Shown: positions 7,774 to 17,324 of the stretch, piece after piece
Numbering within the stretch: the stretch's first letter is position 1
How the letters are laid out: each line of letters opens with the position of its first letter
Assembly: GCA_964636085.1 (NCBI GenBank)
Contig: CAZWPQ010000040.1
Coordinates: 1 to 17,324 of the forward strand
Direction: 5' to 3'
Source of the DNA: an uncultured Nitrososphaerota archaeon
Lineage (GTDB): Archaea; Asgardarchaeota; Njordarchaeia; Njordarchaeales; Panguiarchaeaceae
Length of the DNA: 17,324 nt
Translations under genes and position numbers: made by a program
Notes under the pieces: model-generated
What the model was told of the DNA's origin: nothing
Database searches by the model: none
Seen by the model: the letters and a program-made list of their open reading frames with translations, nothing else

Positions 7774-8019
7774 TCTACACACAAAGTAAAATGTCAGATA
7801 AAAGATTATTAGTCCAAGACTAAAATGACACTATACTAAAAATTACCATAAGCATATTTAAATTGGAGGGCTTTTAGAGACACCACAAACAGGAGATAAT
7901 TATAGTCATACCTGTAGCATGCATGGATTGAACGATATGTCCAGTGTTTTACCAACCGCTACCCTAGATATTCTAGCCTGACATCTTTTTAGGAATGGAT
8001 TTCCTTGCGCATAATATTT

Positions 8020-8132
8020 TATGGAAATGATATTGTCGTGCTATATGAACATACCTCTCTTTCGGAATCATATAGTATGACATTCACAGTATAGGTACCT
8101 TTTTCGATGCCTCTTGCAATATCATTTCCATA
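8020..8132. repeat. Perfect 16-bp inverted repeat, 81-bp spacer (possible MITE)
   Basis: TATGGAAATGATATTG (8020-8035) / CAATATCATTTCCATA (8117-8132). Confidence 0.6.
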
Positions 8133-8156
8133 TATATCTCGCTTTTTTCTCATAGC

Positions 8157-8336
8157 TCATATACCATGCCGAATCCATCTACTATCTGGCTTTTTGACCA
8201 GAATGTAGTAGTATGTGTTATTATCAAAGTAACACTCATCTGGACTTCTAACACATCTATCTATGTCAAATTGATCTACTTCTGGATGCCGAAGAAAAAT
8301 ATGACGTGCGTAGTGTAGTGTCCTGCAATAAATCAC
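8157..8336 (-). pseudogene. 59-codon ORF or fragment, weakly resembling RelE/BECR-fold nuclease toxins
   Basis: GTG after GAAGGAGAGGAA; contains RHIFLRHPEV...IDRCVRSPD. Not listed in the ORF track. Confidence 0.3.
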
Positions 8337-8432
8337 TTCCTCTCCTTCAGTTCTATGGTTCTCAGCTTCGACAAGAACATGCTTGCCCTTAAGTATACTT
8401 CTTTCTTTTCTTGAATCACAATCTTGTGTGCG

Positions 8433-8891
8433 CTATTTGCTTTCCCTCTGTTTCTTCTGCAAGTTTTCCAAAATTTCATCTGGTGTGGCGACCTTAAGTC
8501 CATTCTCTACACCCTTTATCCTCTGGAAATCCTGCAGGTTTCTCGTCACTATCGTTAAGTTATGGGTAAGTGCTATTGACGCTATGAATACATCTCGAAG
8601 CCCTACTGGTTGCCCAATTTTATGAAGACAAGCGTCTATTCGTGCTGCCCTCTCTGCAGGATCCTCGCCAAAGGGAAGTACGACTATCTGTCTCCTCAAA
8701 CTATCAATATCCTGGATCTCTTTTGCTAACCCAACTCTTAGAGGGCCATAGTAGAGTTCATATAGCGTGATTGATGTTATTGCTATCTCATCCTTAAGCA
8801 TTAGAACAAGCTTCGCTGCTGGACTATCCCTATTCTTCAGAAATTCTATCACAACATCTGTATCTAGGCAGTACTTGACCAGTTCTTCCAC
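8433..8891 (-). CDS. vapC: VapC PIN-domain toxin
   Basis: YCLDTDVVIEFL, ITLYELYYG, DVFIASIAL and IVTRNLQDF motifs; overlaps the upstream antitoxin. Confidence 0.93.
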   Translation of the reverse strand: MEELVKYCLDTDVVIEFLKNRDSPAAKLVLMLKDEIAITSITLYELYYGPLRVGLAKEIQDIDSLRRQIVVLPFGEDPAERAARIDACLHKIGQPVGLRDVFIASIALTHNLTIVTRNLQDFQRIKGVENGLKVATPDEILENLQKKQRESK

Positions 8892-9109
8892 CTTTCCCTA
8901 ATCATGCCAAGAAGTACACTCTCGTCAACATCGGTCCACGAGCCAGCAAGCTCCTCAATCCTCTTTATCTTTCTAACGATTATCTTCTCACCACTAATGG
9001 ACACATCCACAAGATCCCCTTCCCTAATCCCGACAACCCTACTTATATCTGCTGGTATAGTTATCTGTCTATTCCTAGTAACCTTTACAATAACCACCAA
9101 AGTCACCAT
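8864..9109 (-). CDS. vapB: AbrB/MazE/SpoVT-family antitoxin
   Basis: KVTRNRQITIPADI...GIREGDLV...KIIVRK is the swapped-hairpin motif; directly upstream of vapC. Confidence 0.9.
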   Translation of the reverse strand: MVTLVVIVKVTRNRQITIPADISRVVGIREGDLVDVSISGEKIIVRKIKRIEELAGSWTDVDESVLLGMIRERWKNWSSTA

Positions 9110-9579
9110 ATACTACTAATGTATAATATATTCTACTATGAAATATAAAACTACTATATTCAATAAGTAATCCTATGGCACAATAATTCAACAACAAAAA
9201 TAGTCAGTTTGAGAATATAGAACCACGAAAATCAAATAGTATGTGTCGTAGCTCGATAAAACTATTGAGCACCATTATGGATCTAGGATCATAGACATGA
9301 ACCTTATGGGTTTTCCCTATACTAATGAGCCAGACATTATTTTCCTCAGCAGCCTTAATAGGTCGCAAAACTAGTTTCGTCAGCCAATTTTGGTGTCTTC
9401 CAGTGCGCGATGATAGATACTAGGGAGATCAGATGGGCAGATAGTGTCGAGGAAAAACCGATCTGTATTGCTTTGCGATACGGATACACCCCCTAAAAAA
9501 TATTGCGTTTGTCATGGCTGGTTGTGTGGGCTTCGAATACATCCTTTAAGACGCTAGATGGAGAGAGTCGCATAGAAAA

Positions 9580-10215
9580 TTAGGTACTGTTTAATAAAGG
9601 ATAAAACAATGGAGGTTGTGAACTATTTATTTTCAGCATGCGATTTTTTCTTGTGTGATTCGCCACCCATATGGTGTTGCCGGTTAGATCACATAAGAAG
9701 GCGAAATGTTCTCTCGGTGCTTGTTCTGGTGGGGTCTTCGGTGTTGTTGCTTGCTGTGGCTGGGTTTGTTGTGGTATCCACCATCTTGTTGGTGGTGGTC
9801 TCCTTATCCCTATCTCTGCTGTTGCTGGGTCCCTGATTATTATGTCTGGGACGTATGGGAATCCTAGCTCTTCTGCCCTCCTTACCTCCCTTAGGTATGT
9901 TTCCAGCCACGGATACTTCTCGAATAGGTTTTTGAATAGGTACTTTCTGTGCCATCTCCTAACTGCGGCCCTCTTTATCCTCCAGGCAATAATCTTCGTC
10001 TTCACGTCCTCAATGACGAACATCAGGAATATGTACCATGAGACGATGTTTGCTATTGAGAGCACTATTATTATTGGTGTTGGCTCTAGGGAGATGAAGT
10101 ATGCAGCGACGAGCACGAGGATTATCAGTGCTGTGATCTTCTCATACCACTTGGGCCTTGTCCACTCTACAACCTCATCCCCACTCCAATCCAGAAAATC
10201 CCTCCTATACTCCAT
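9580..10215 (-). CDS. Hypothetical membrane protein (two N-terminal TM helices, Pro/Gln/Thr-rich linker)
   Basis: 211-aa ORF with two hydrophobic segments; the C-terminal end may be degenerate. Confidence 0.55.
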   Translation of the reverse strand: MEYRRDFLDWSGDEVVEWTRPKWYEKITALIILVLVAAYFISLEPTPIIIVLSIANIVSWYIFLMFVIEDVKTKIIAWRIKRAAVRRWHRKYLFKNLFEKYPWLETYLREVRRAEELGFPYVPDIIIRDPATAEIGIRRPPPTRWWIPQQTQPQQATTPKTPPEQAPREHFAFLCDLTGNTIWVANHTRKNRMLKINSSQPPLFYPLLNST

Positions 10216-10291
10216 TCAGGCCGCTGGGTATGCTTTTTAATTGAAAATATCAATATATATTGGTAAACATGTTTTGCCTGGTGCATTAGGG

Positions 10292-11269
10292 ATGCGGCCA
10301 GGCCGATTAGCAGTATTTCTCATAATCATCATAGCCATAGGCCTCCTAGCAGAACACTACTACCCCCAAATGCAGGGGAGAGAAAATTGGAACAGCCAAC
10401 ATGTCGAAAAAGAATATGGGGGACACCACACACACCAAAGACAGATCCAAAGCATAGGCATCGAAAAACCAAAAACGCCGGAGGGCATAGAAGAAATACT
10501 GGAAACCAAGCAAAGACACATAGCAGAGGACGAGGACACAGCAAAAATAGAGCCCCAGGCAACGAGGGCACCGTCATCATGGTACATGCTTATAGACAAG
10601 CCGGGATACTACGAGCTAACCGAGGACATAATAGACTGCACGTATGAGTGTGGAATATACATAAACGCGAGTAACGTTGTGCTCGACGGAAAGGGACACA
10701 TTATAGACGGAGTATATAGCGGGAGTGGCAAATATGGAATATACGTAGACCACGCAACAAACATAACAATAAGGAACACAAAAATACTATAATGGTTTTG
10801 GTATGGGATATGGTTCTATTACTCGGACAACAACATGGTATATAACAACACAATACAGAACAACGACGGGACTGGGATATCCTTCGGTTGCTCGGGCAAC
10901 AACACGGTATATGGCAACACAATACAGAACAACGGTGGTTATGGGATATTCTTCAATTACTCGGGCAACAACACTATATACCTGAACAACTTCATAGACA
11001 ACGCATACCAATACTACACCGCGGGAGGCACGGGAAATAGGTTCTATTCCCCACAGCCAACAACATACATGTATAAGGGGAAAACATACACAAACTACAC
11101 GGGAAACTACTGGAGCGACTACAACGGGACAGACAAAAACGATGACGGAATAGGAGACACAGCATATCGCTCAGACCCATACCCGCTAATAAGGATAGTA
11201 AAGATAGAGAAAGGACAGGTAATAATAACAGCACCACCAAAAATAACAATAACAAACCCACAGAACGCC
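10292..11269 (+). pseudogene. Secreted right-handed beta-helix (NosD/pectin-lyase-like) surface protein, with in-frame stop and IS truncation
   Basis: Signal peptide; PGYYELTEDI, NVVLDGKGH, repeated GI..NNT.YGNTIQNN and GNYWSDY.G.D.NDDGIGD motifs. ORFs 10241-10792 and 10835- share a frame, separated by TAA 10790-10792. Cut at 11269 by the IS end. Confidence 0.85.
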
Positions 11270-13275
11270 GAGACTGTCTATGGTTTTTATTTGCTGGTTC
11301 TAGCCAGAAGACCAACCCCACAAAACTCCGACAAAAAACATGGGCAATCCAACCGCTTGGAAAACTCACTAGGAACAGCATGACGGCCAAAGACCTCTCT
11401 CATAAGAGAGGCAATAACATTCACTTCTAGAGGCTCAAGCTTAGCCTCATAACCAACACCCTTACCACCAAGGAATTTCGTCAAAGACAAACCATAGTGC
11501 TCACGAACATAAGCGTCGAGCATGGAGCCGATTATGAGAGTATTCCAAATAACGGCCCTAACAAGAATCTCCACCATCATCGTATGGCATAGTTGTGACG
11601 CCAAGACATTATCATATGGCACCAAGTAAGAGAAGATCTCCTCAACAATGCCACGGACACGTCTAAGATCCCCTATATGGCGCCTCTGCAGCCACCTCAA
11701 TACCATAAGCGTTTCATCGTCGGATACATCGCCCCTCGGGCATGCCACTGGTACAGTATGTTGTTCCAGAAGATCCCTAGAGAAAGATGTGGCCCAGTAT
11801 TCTTTGTCGCCAAGAGCGAACGCGACAAAGAAATCATATCTGAAGTCAAACTCGATGTCCTCCACAGACCATCCAAAGTCTATGTCCAAGATGACCCTAC
11901 TATCAATATCCACCAATCCATGAAACTTTATACCGGCTCTGTTATATGGATAGAACATACTCTTCGTTGTCGCTACAGTTGAGTCTATCGCCATCAGCAA
12001 GACCTCCCTCGTTTTCCTCCCATCTACGACAATTCTCGCTAGGAAATTCACGAGTTGTTGGAGAGTCGAGATGTCAATCCTATACACATCCCTCTGAATT
12101 GTCGCATGATCTGGAGCATTTCTGCACAACGTGAATGGCTGTGGGGATAGCATGAGGGACTCCAGAAACCTATAGCTAGTTGTCTTCCTGAACATCCTCG
12201 CCGCCATAGATATCCTTGTTATTACTTTTGGCGGGATGTTGTATCTAGATGCAAACATTGCTAGTAGTGTATCTAGCAATGGAAAAACCCATCTTGATGC
12301 CTCCTCGGAGGACTTCCTTGGTATCGAGGATCTATCGGTCTTGAAGCCAGATTCAAAATAAAATATCTCCCCGCATATCCCGCATTGTAGCTTTGGTTTG
12401 CCATAACTGTTAACGACTACTATCTCTTCGCTACCACATACGGGGCATGAGACAAAATAGGTATATCCTTGTCTAAGCAACGTGATTATGGACTGCGTGT
12501 GGCCACAATCAGCACACTTCCTTCTCAGTATCACTATTCTTCCAGAGTTAACTAGATACTTCTCAAAAAGCCTTAACTTCCCCCCACAGTAGATGCATCG
12601 GGTGAGTCTGAGACCAAGCACCTCCTCAATATTCACGGGCTCTATGCGGCGTTTCTTGCGCTTCTTATGTGGAAGCTGTCCATTAGGATCTACGTATATC
12701 ATAGCTCTACACTTTGGGCATCCTAGTATGATCATTCTCACGCCGTCGCTCTTCCTAGTGTATGTTTTATGATGCCACATCCACCTTTTGCACCCTTTGC
12801 AATATGCCTCAACCTCGCCGCACTTCTTGCATTTAAATACCTTGATTCGGGTTTTGTTTTTCCTTATCTCTGTGACATCTTCGAGGTCTTCATGCACCCC
12901 AATACACTTCTCATTGGTTATAACTTCGGAGGGTGCTAGCGATATGGATTTTCCACAGTTTGGGCATGTAAACCTCTCTACGTGCGTCCCGTCTTTCCTC
13001 GTGTAGTTGTCGTTTCTCCATTTCCTAGTTCTGCATTTCAGACATATTACTTCTAGGATTTTCCCACATTTGGCGCATACGCGGACAAGCACCCCTTTTC
13101 CGTCTCGCCGCTTGATCTTCCTCTCGACTATACCTTCTTTCGGATGTCCGCACTCGTCCATGTATACCATAGAAAACTGGCGTTAAAAGCGTGCTGAAGG
13201 CACATGGTTTTTGTCGGAGTTTTGTGGAGTGAGCCTTCAGGCTAGAACCAGCAAATAAAAACCATAGACAGTCTC
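11270..13275 (-). mobile_element. Insertion sequence (IS5/IS1182-like, DDE), 2006 bp, 76-bp terminal inverted repeats
   Basis: TIRs 11270-11345 and 13200-13275 (first 36 bp perfect, 69/76 overall) begin GAGACTGT and enclose a transposase. No target-site duplication. Confidence 0.88.
11287..13170 (-). CDS. DDE transposase (IS4/IS5 superfamily) with an N-terminal array of Zn ribbons
   Basis: PDHATIQR, MAIDST, KFHGLVD, GDKEY and RGIVEEIF motifs; ten CxxC pairs in the first ~270 aa. Confidence 0.85.
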   Translation of the reverse strand: MVYMDECGHPKEGIVERKIKRRDGKGVLVRVCAKCGKILEVICLKCRTRKWRNDNYTRKDGTHVERFTCPNCGKSISLAPSEVITNEKCIGVHEDLEDVTEIRKNKTRIKVFKCKKCGEVEAYCKGCKRWMWHHKTYTRKSDGVRMIILGCPKCRAMIYVDPNGQLPHKKRKKRRIEPVNIEEVLGLRLTRCIYCGGKLRLFEKYLVNSGRIVILRRKCADCGHTQSIITLLRQGYTYFVSCPVCGSEEIVVVNSYGKPKLQCGICGEIFYFESGFKTDRSSIPRKSSEEASRWVFPLLDTLLAMFASRYNIPPKVITRISMAARMFRKTTSYRFLESLMLSPQPFTLCRNAPDHATIQRDVYRIDISTLQQLVNFLARIVVDGRKTREVLLMAIDSTVATTKSMFYPYNRAGIKFHGLVDIDSRVILDIDFGWSVEDIEFDFRYDFFVAFALGDKEYWATSFSRDLLEQHTVPVACPRGDVSDDETLMVLRWLQRRHIGDLRRVRGIVEEIFSYLVPYDNVLASQLCHTMMVEILVRAVIWNTLIIGSMLDAYVREHYGLSLTKFLGGKGVGYEAKLEPLEVNVIASLMREVFGRHAVPSEFSKRLDCPCFLSEFCGVGLLARTSK

Positions 13276-13997
13276 ATATAGCCCAACCACAAAAACTTCT
13301 TGACACCGTACCAACCGCTTATCTTCTCCGCATGCCAAACATAGTCCCCAGAATAGTTCCAATAAATAATAAGACTACCGTTAAACTTATATGTAAATAT
13401 TAGACTATAATCTGAGGATGCCGCATTAGCAATAAAAACCCTATCAACAAGCCCGGCAAAACCCCCAAGCCAACGCCTCCAAACAACACTAAGACAATCA
13501 TCAAGAGCTATAAGGTAATCATCAGAGGTAAGGACAACAACCTCATCAACACCATCCATATCCAAATCCCCAACATCATAACCAAGAATATCAGAAGGAG
13601 AATACCAAAGAAAATCAGTACCATTAACCGCAACAAAATTAGAACCAACAAAAAGGAGACGAAGCCCACTACGCGTTCTAATAACATCCAAATACTCTAT
13701 CTCCCCCGGAAACGCGCCAAAATAATCCACCATCGTTATTGGAAACGAGGATCCCCCACGCACAGACAGGACTTCGGTATCATAGAAAATATGCCTTCGA
13801 ACGGGTGAGATATCACCATTATAGTATATCATACTGGAGAACTGACCTCCTTTAGAAACATACTTCCTTGGCGAATTCTCTCGATGTATTACCTGTGGCA
13901 CAAAAAGCCCGATGATAGAGGCCACCAAGACACAAAAGATTAGGATTAGAGGCCTCTTCAAAGCACTCACCCTATACACGAGTGCTTTGATAAACAA
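13276..13997 (-). pseudogene. Membrane-anchored or secreted FG-GAP/beta-propeller protein, 3'-truncated by the IS
   Basis: N-terminal hydrophobic helix and GDLDMDGVDEVVV Ca-binding motif. The last 10 codons and the stop (to 13242) come from the IS TIR. Confidence 0.7.
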
Positions 13998-14076
13998 GCA
14001 CAGTTTAAGTATTTAAAAGAAACACAAAATTTTGGCATGTTAAAAGAAATATGTAATTCTGGAGTTCCAGTGTTTA

Positions 14077-14484
14077 CTAGATGTATTTCTTAACCCTATC
14101 ATAGAGCCCAGAGCACATATCTACTATGGCATCAACAAAGTCAATGAGCATAACTAATCTATCGTCATCCTCCAAGATGTCGCTTTCCCTAGCAATTTCT
14201 TTTATACGTCTCCTAGAGACAACAGAAATAAAGGATATGGTGAAAACCAAAAATGACGTATAAAGTCTGACACGGCCCTTCGGATTCTTCTTCTCCCAAC
14301 CACTCATAACCTCCTCCAACATATTTCGAGCTTCATTAACTTTGCTGAAGTTTTTGTCCCTAAGCCCCTCAACAATCATAATCCCTATCTTGTAGAGGTG
14401 GGAGTCGAGACGAAAATCTACCTCAGACCTCTTGTATGTCTCTAAATTCGATAAAATCTCACTGAGCATACCATTGAAGCTCAT
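14077..14484 (-). CDS. Hypothetical helical protein (135 aa)
   Basis: ATG at 14484 follows GGTG and overlaps the upstream TGA (ATGA coupling). Confidence 0.65.
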   Translation of the reverse strand: MSFNGMLSEILSNLETYKRSEVDFRLDSHLYKIGIMIVEGLRDKNFSKVNEARNMLEEVMSGWEKKNPKGRVRLYTSFLVFTISFISVVSRRRIKEIARESDILEDDDRLVMLIDFVDAIVDMCSGLYDRVKKYI

Positions 14485-14663
14485 AGATAACACCAAAATT
14501 GGGAGAAAAACTCCTCAAACAGCTCTCCTAGACGAGCCTCGATCTCGCTTCCACGCTCGATAAAATCGCTTCTATGTTCAACTCCAAACCTCAATAAAAC
14601 GTTCCTAACCCTTAGAGCTAAGTCCCTGATGCGACCCAATACTCTCCTATCAAACTCATACAC
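14481..14663 (-). CDS. Small hypothetical protein or 3' remnant of a truncated gene
   Basis: 60-aa ORF translationally coupled to the downstream gene. Confidence 0.45.
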   Translation of the reverse strand: MYEFDRRVLGRIRDLALRVRNVLLRFGVEHRSDFIERGSEIEARLGELFEEFFSQFWCYL

Positions 14664-14701
14664 ATCAACAGGATAAACAACGAACAGAACAAAGCAATTT
14701 A

Positions 14702-15443
14702 TTTTGGGAGAGAGACTTCAGAGCCATATTCTATGTGATTGAGGGGGACTACAGGATTGATGGTTGTTCTGGAGGTTGCACCGTGGTTAGAGATGTGCAT
14801 ATTAGCAGGGATATGAACGTGAGTCTGGTGCTCTCTTTGATAAGACTGGAAAAACCTAACGATATGCTCTTTGCCGAGGAACCCCACGGACCCCATACTT
14901 CTTAGTATGTATATTATTAGTGAGGATCCTATGGCCCTAGACAGGAGGACTGACATATATTATGATTTACTTGATGGTGAGAATAGGAGCATCCATTCTA
15001 GGGTTCATATCACGACACTTTTTCTCAATGGGAGGGTGAGGGATAAGATAAGTGGCCACATATCTCCTCCAAGTAGTGGATGGAGGAATGGCTCATACAA
15101 CATATTGATATATGCCGAGTCCAACGACGTGTTGCTGAGTACGATATTCTCCGTGGTGTCCATAAGTATATATGTGGAGTCTCCAAATGTTGTTCTTAGG
15201 GAACCATCACCACTGGAGCAGTTCAAGTTTTCTTTTCTAGGTGGAGTCCTTGGAGCACTGCTTGCGTATGTGTTCTTGTCCCGAAAGATGAGGACTACTG
15301 GTTTTAACTATCGCAAACCTAAGATTGTTGGAGTCCACTGTGGTGGTGTGGTTTCAGCCTATAATGTATTTGCTAAGGAATTTTTGAGCGAACCAGAAAA
15401 ATTACGGACATATTTCTGCTTGATGGTGTTACTTTCAGTATGA
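14702..15443 (+). pseudogene. Fragment of a surface protein (Ig-like beta strands plus C-terminal TM), frameshifted near 14870
   Basis: Start-less open frame FWERDFRAIFYVIEGDY... is followed by ORF 14871-15443, which has TM FLGGVLGALLAYVFL and a basic stop-transfer segment. Confidence 0.45.
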
Positions 15444-15573
15444 TAACAGGTAAGCATTCTGCTGGTACTGAGGGGCACTATATTATGTCCTGTTGCACTC
15501 CCGCTGGACGATGGGTCTTTTACTCCATAGATAAAACATTAAAAATGTTAACCCTAAAGTATTCTCTTCTTTG

Positions 15574-15885
15574 TCAGATCCAGTAGTAGACATAGCCTTT
15601 TTCTAAGGCTTCCCTGAGTAACTTTTTGCTATGCATTAACTTATACAGCAGATACCATTGTCCAAGTATGTATCCATCTTCATACAATATCCACCAGACT
15701 GTTGTTCTAAACCTTCTCTCGGCCTCATGCTTCGCTCGATTGATAGTGTATCTTCCCTTCATAGTCTTCAAGAACTCGATAATTTTTCTGGCCTTGATAA
15801 GGATTTCTAGGTCGTTCACAAGATCTTCAACAGAAATCTCATTTACTTTATCCTCGTGCTCTTTTTTGATATTCATAAACATCAC
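15574..15885 (-). CDS. Hypothetical protein (~103 aa)
   Basis: ORF with upstream GGTG and an AT-rich promoter-like gap. Confidence 0.6.
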   Translation of the reverse strand: MMFMNIKKEHEDKVNEISVEDLVNDLEILIKARKIIEFLKTMKGRYTINRAKHEAERRFRTTVWWILYEDGYILGQWYLLYKLMHSKKLLREALEKGYVYYWI

Positions 15886-15927
15886 ACACCAACTTAGATT
15901 AAAGTATAATAACTATAAAAAATTTTA

Positions 15928-16410
15928 TTATCCATGTTCAACCCCTCTAGATATTTTGACTACAAAGTTATTTATTTTTTGTTTCAATTCTCTAGAGAGG
16001 TCAAGTGATTCCTCTAGAATTTCCTTCTTACTCCACATATTTTTGGAATAAAGCAACACAAGAAGGATGTTCTCATCCACTAATGCCTCAACACCTAAGA
16101 CCTCATTTAGATTAATATTTTCGCCTAAGGCAAAGTAGGCTTTTATGATGTTGCCATAGTTGAATTCAAGCCTGTCGAGCGAGCACTCGAATGTTGTTAG
16201 CATACAGAAATCTAGACCCACTCCCTTTATATTCGACTTAAATGTCTTGCAAAACAATTTATTTCCATTCTCTGAGATCGCCACCGAGGCACCGTCATCT
16301 TTTAATTTCACCTCAACGACGAAAAATCTTCTCGGAAAATTAAGTGCCGGTCCTCTAGCAACGAGAGTAATGGGCGAGTTTCCTCCCAAAGCATCAATTT
16401 TACTTGTCAC
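15928..16410 (-). CDS. Hypothetical protein (~160 aa)
   Basis: ORF; GTG at 16410 follows a GGTGAT SD (the track start is 16419). Confidence 0.6.
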   Translation of the reverse strand: MTSKIDALGGNSPITLVARGPALNFPRRFFVVEVKLKDDGASVAISENGNKLFCKTFKSNIKGVGLDFCMLTTFECSLDRLEFNYGNIIKAYFALGENINLNEVLGVEALVDENILLVLLYSKNMWSKKEILEESLDLSRELKQKINNFVVKISRGVEHG

Positions 16411-16463
16411 TAAGATCACCCATCAAGCAACATAAAGCTACATTTAGCACCATCTAATCTGAT

Positions 16464-17105
16464 TTAAATTATGCCTAAGAATTCCATGAGTTTTGTTTTA
16501 GCATTTAAGGCATTGACAAATTTTGCTAGAATCTCATTCCTGAAGATCTTTGACCACTGTTCAAGAACATCGATGCTTGAAAGCTTTTCTAAGCTACCCA
16601 TAATGATGAGTACTACCTGTGGTTTTCTTACTTTGGTTAAGTCTACGATAAACACTCTGTTCTCGAATCCAACAAGATAGGATGCTAGGTATTCAATTAT
16701 CTCACTGGCATCGGATGCTAGTAGGAAACGAACTCCTGTCAACTTTTTTATTAGTGCTACAATGTCTCTAAGACGACCATATGGAATCATACCAGCACTT
16801 TTACTCAGGTTATCTAGCAGAATGATTCGGCCATCATGTCTTATAATACCACCAATCTTTTTCCTCGCAAGGTTGACACCTAAAAGCTTATCTGCATCCT
16901 CTAGCAAGACACGAAGATAGAATTTGCTATCTCTGAATGAAATTCTTATGTTCAAGGCTACATTATAGTACAATTTCAATGCTTCAAAGAACATAATAGG
17001 GAGTATTTGTTGAAGTCCTAGGGCATAATCCCCTCGAATTAGGCATTCAGAGCGAAAATAAGCGTCGCGCTTAACCAGATCATTCAAACTATCGGTTTTT
17101 TCCAT
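16464..17105 (-). CDS. Hypothetical protein (213 aa)
   Basis: ORF with a GGTGAT SD before the ATG and AT-rich upstream sequence. Confidence 0.7.
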   Translation of the reverse strand: MEKTDSLNDLVKRDAYFRSECLIRGDYALGLQQILPIMFFEALKLYYNVALNIRISFRDSKFYLRVLLEDADKLLGVNLARKKIGGIIRHDGRIILLDNLSKSAGMIPYGRLRDIVALIKKLTGVRFLLASDASEIIEYLASYLVGFENRVFIVDLTKVRKPQVVLIIMGSLEKLSSIDVLEQWSKIFRNEILAKFVNALNAKTKLMEFLGII

Positions 17106-17324
17106 GCTACATCACCAAACTACTTTTTAGATTTATGCACTGAAGTTTTTGCATGTTTCACTTTGTATCTCTTTTTTTGCTTAAGAATTTTCAGTAGAAA
17201 CTGCAAGACTTTATTTTTGTCCGCTAATATGCTCTCTAAATTTGCAAATTTTTGTAATAGATTAGATGTTGTTATATATTTTTTTTCTCTGAATGCCTCC
17301 TTTAGGTCATCAATACTTCCTATA

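Noticed and set aside
10840-10990. Repeats such as AACACAATACAGAACAACG as a CRISPR array
   Set aside because: These are coding beta-helix repeats within one reading frame; no CRISPR array is seen in the window.
14077-14484. Csm2/Cas11-like small subunit
   Set aside because: Only a vague helical resemblance, and there are no other cas genes.
167-16680. Many short or antisense ORFs in the track (e.g. 401-742, 4754-5185, 7075-7350, 9671-10240, 15626-16051)
   Set aside because: They are shadow frames of better-supported genes or RNA, with no recognizable motifs.

Overview
An accessory, mobile-element-rich archaeal region; the archaeal assignment is inferred from GGTGA Shine-Dalgarno motifs, TATA boxes, a TFB-like gene and archaeal-type vapBC/TnpB. 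In order it contains: a probably 5'-truncated HerA/VirB4-like ATPase with a ~430-aa Ser/Thr-rich insert; a hypothetical gene; a three-gene module; a PIN pseudogene; a vapBC pair; a broken NosD-type beta-helix surface gene; a 2.0-kb IS5/IS1182-like element with a multi-zinc-ribbon transposase; a truncated FG-GAP gene; and several hypothetical genes. The three-gene module (4075-7367) is the main find. It has a 74-aa ORF, a TFB (TFIIB)-like protein lacking the zinc ribbon, and a stand-alone 474-aa TnpB/Cas12f-like protein whose RuvC-III Asp is replaced by Gln, followed by a ~310-nt structured putative guide RNA. All three genes sit behind the same promoter plus two-hairpin leader. Two copies are identical and form a perfect 148-bp inverted repeat; the third is diverged but keeps the base pairing. 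My hypothesis is an archaeal RNA-guided transcription system (nuclease-dead TnpB plus a dedicated TFB), analogous to bacterial dCas12f-sigmaE. This is inference from the sequence alone and is untested.
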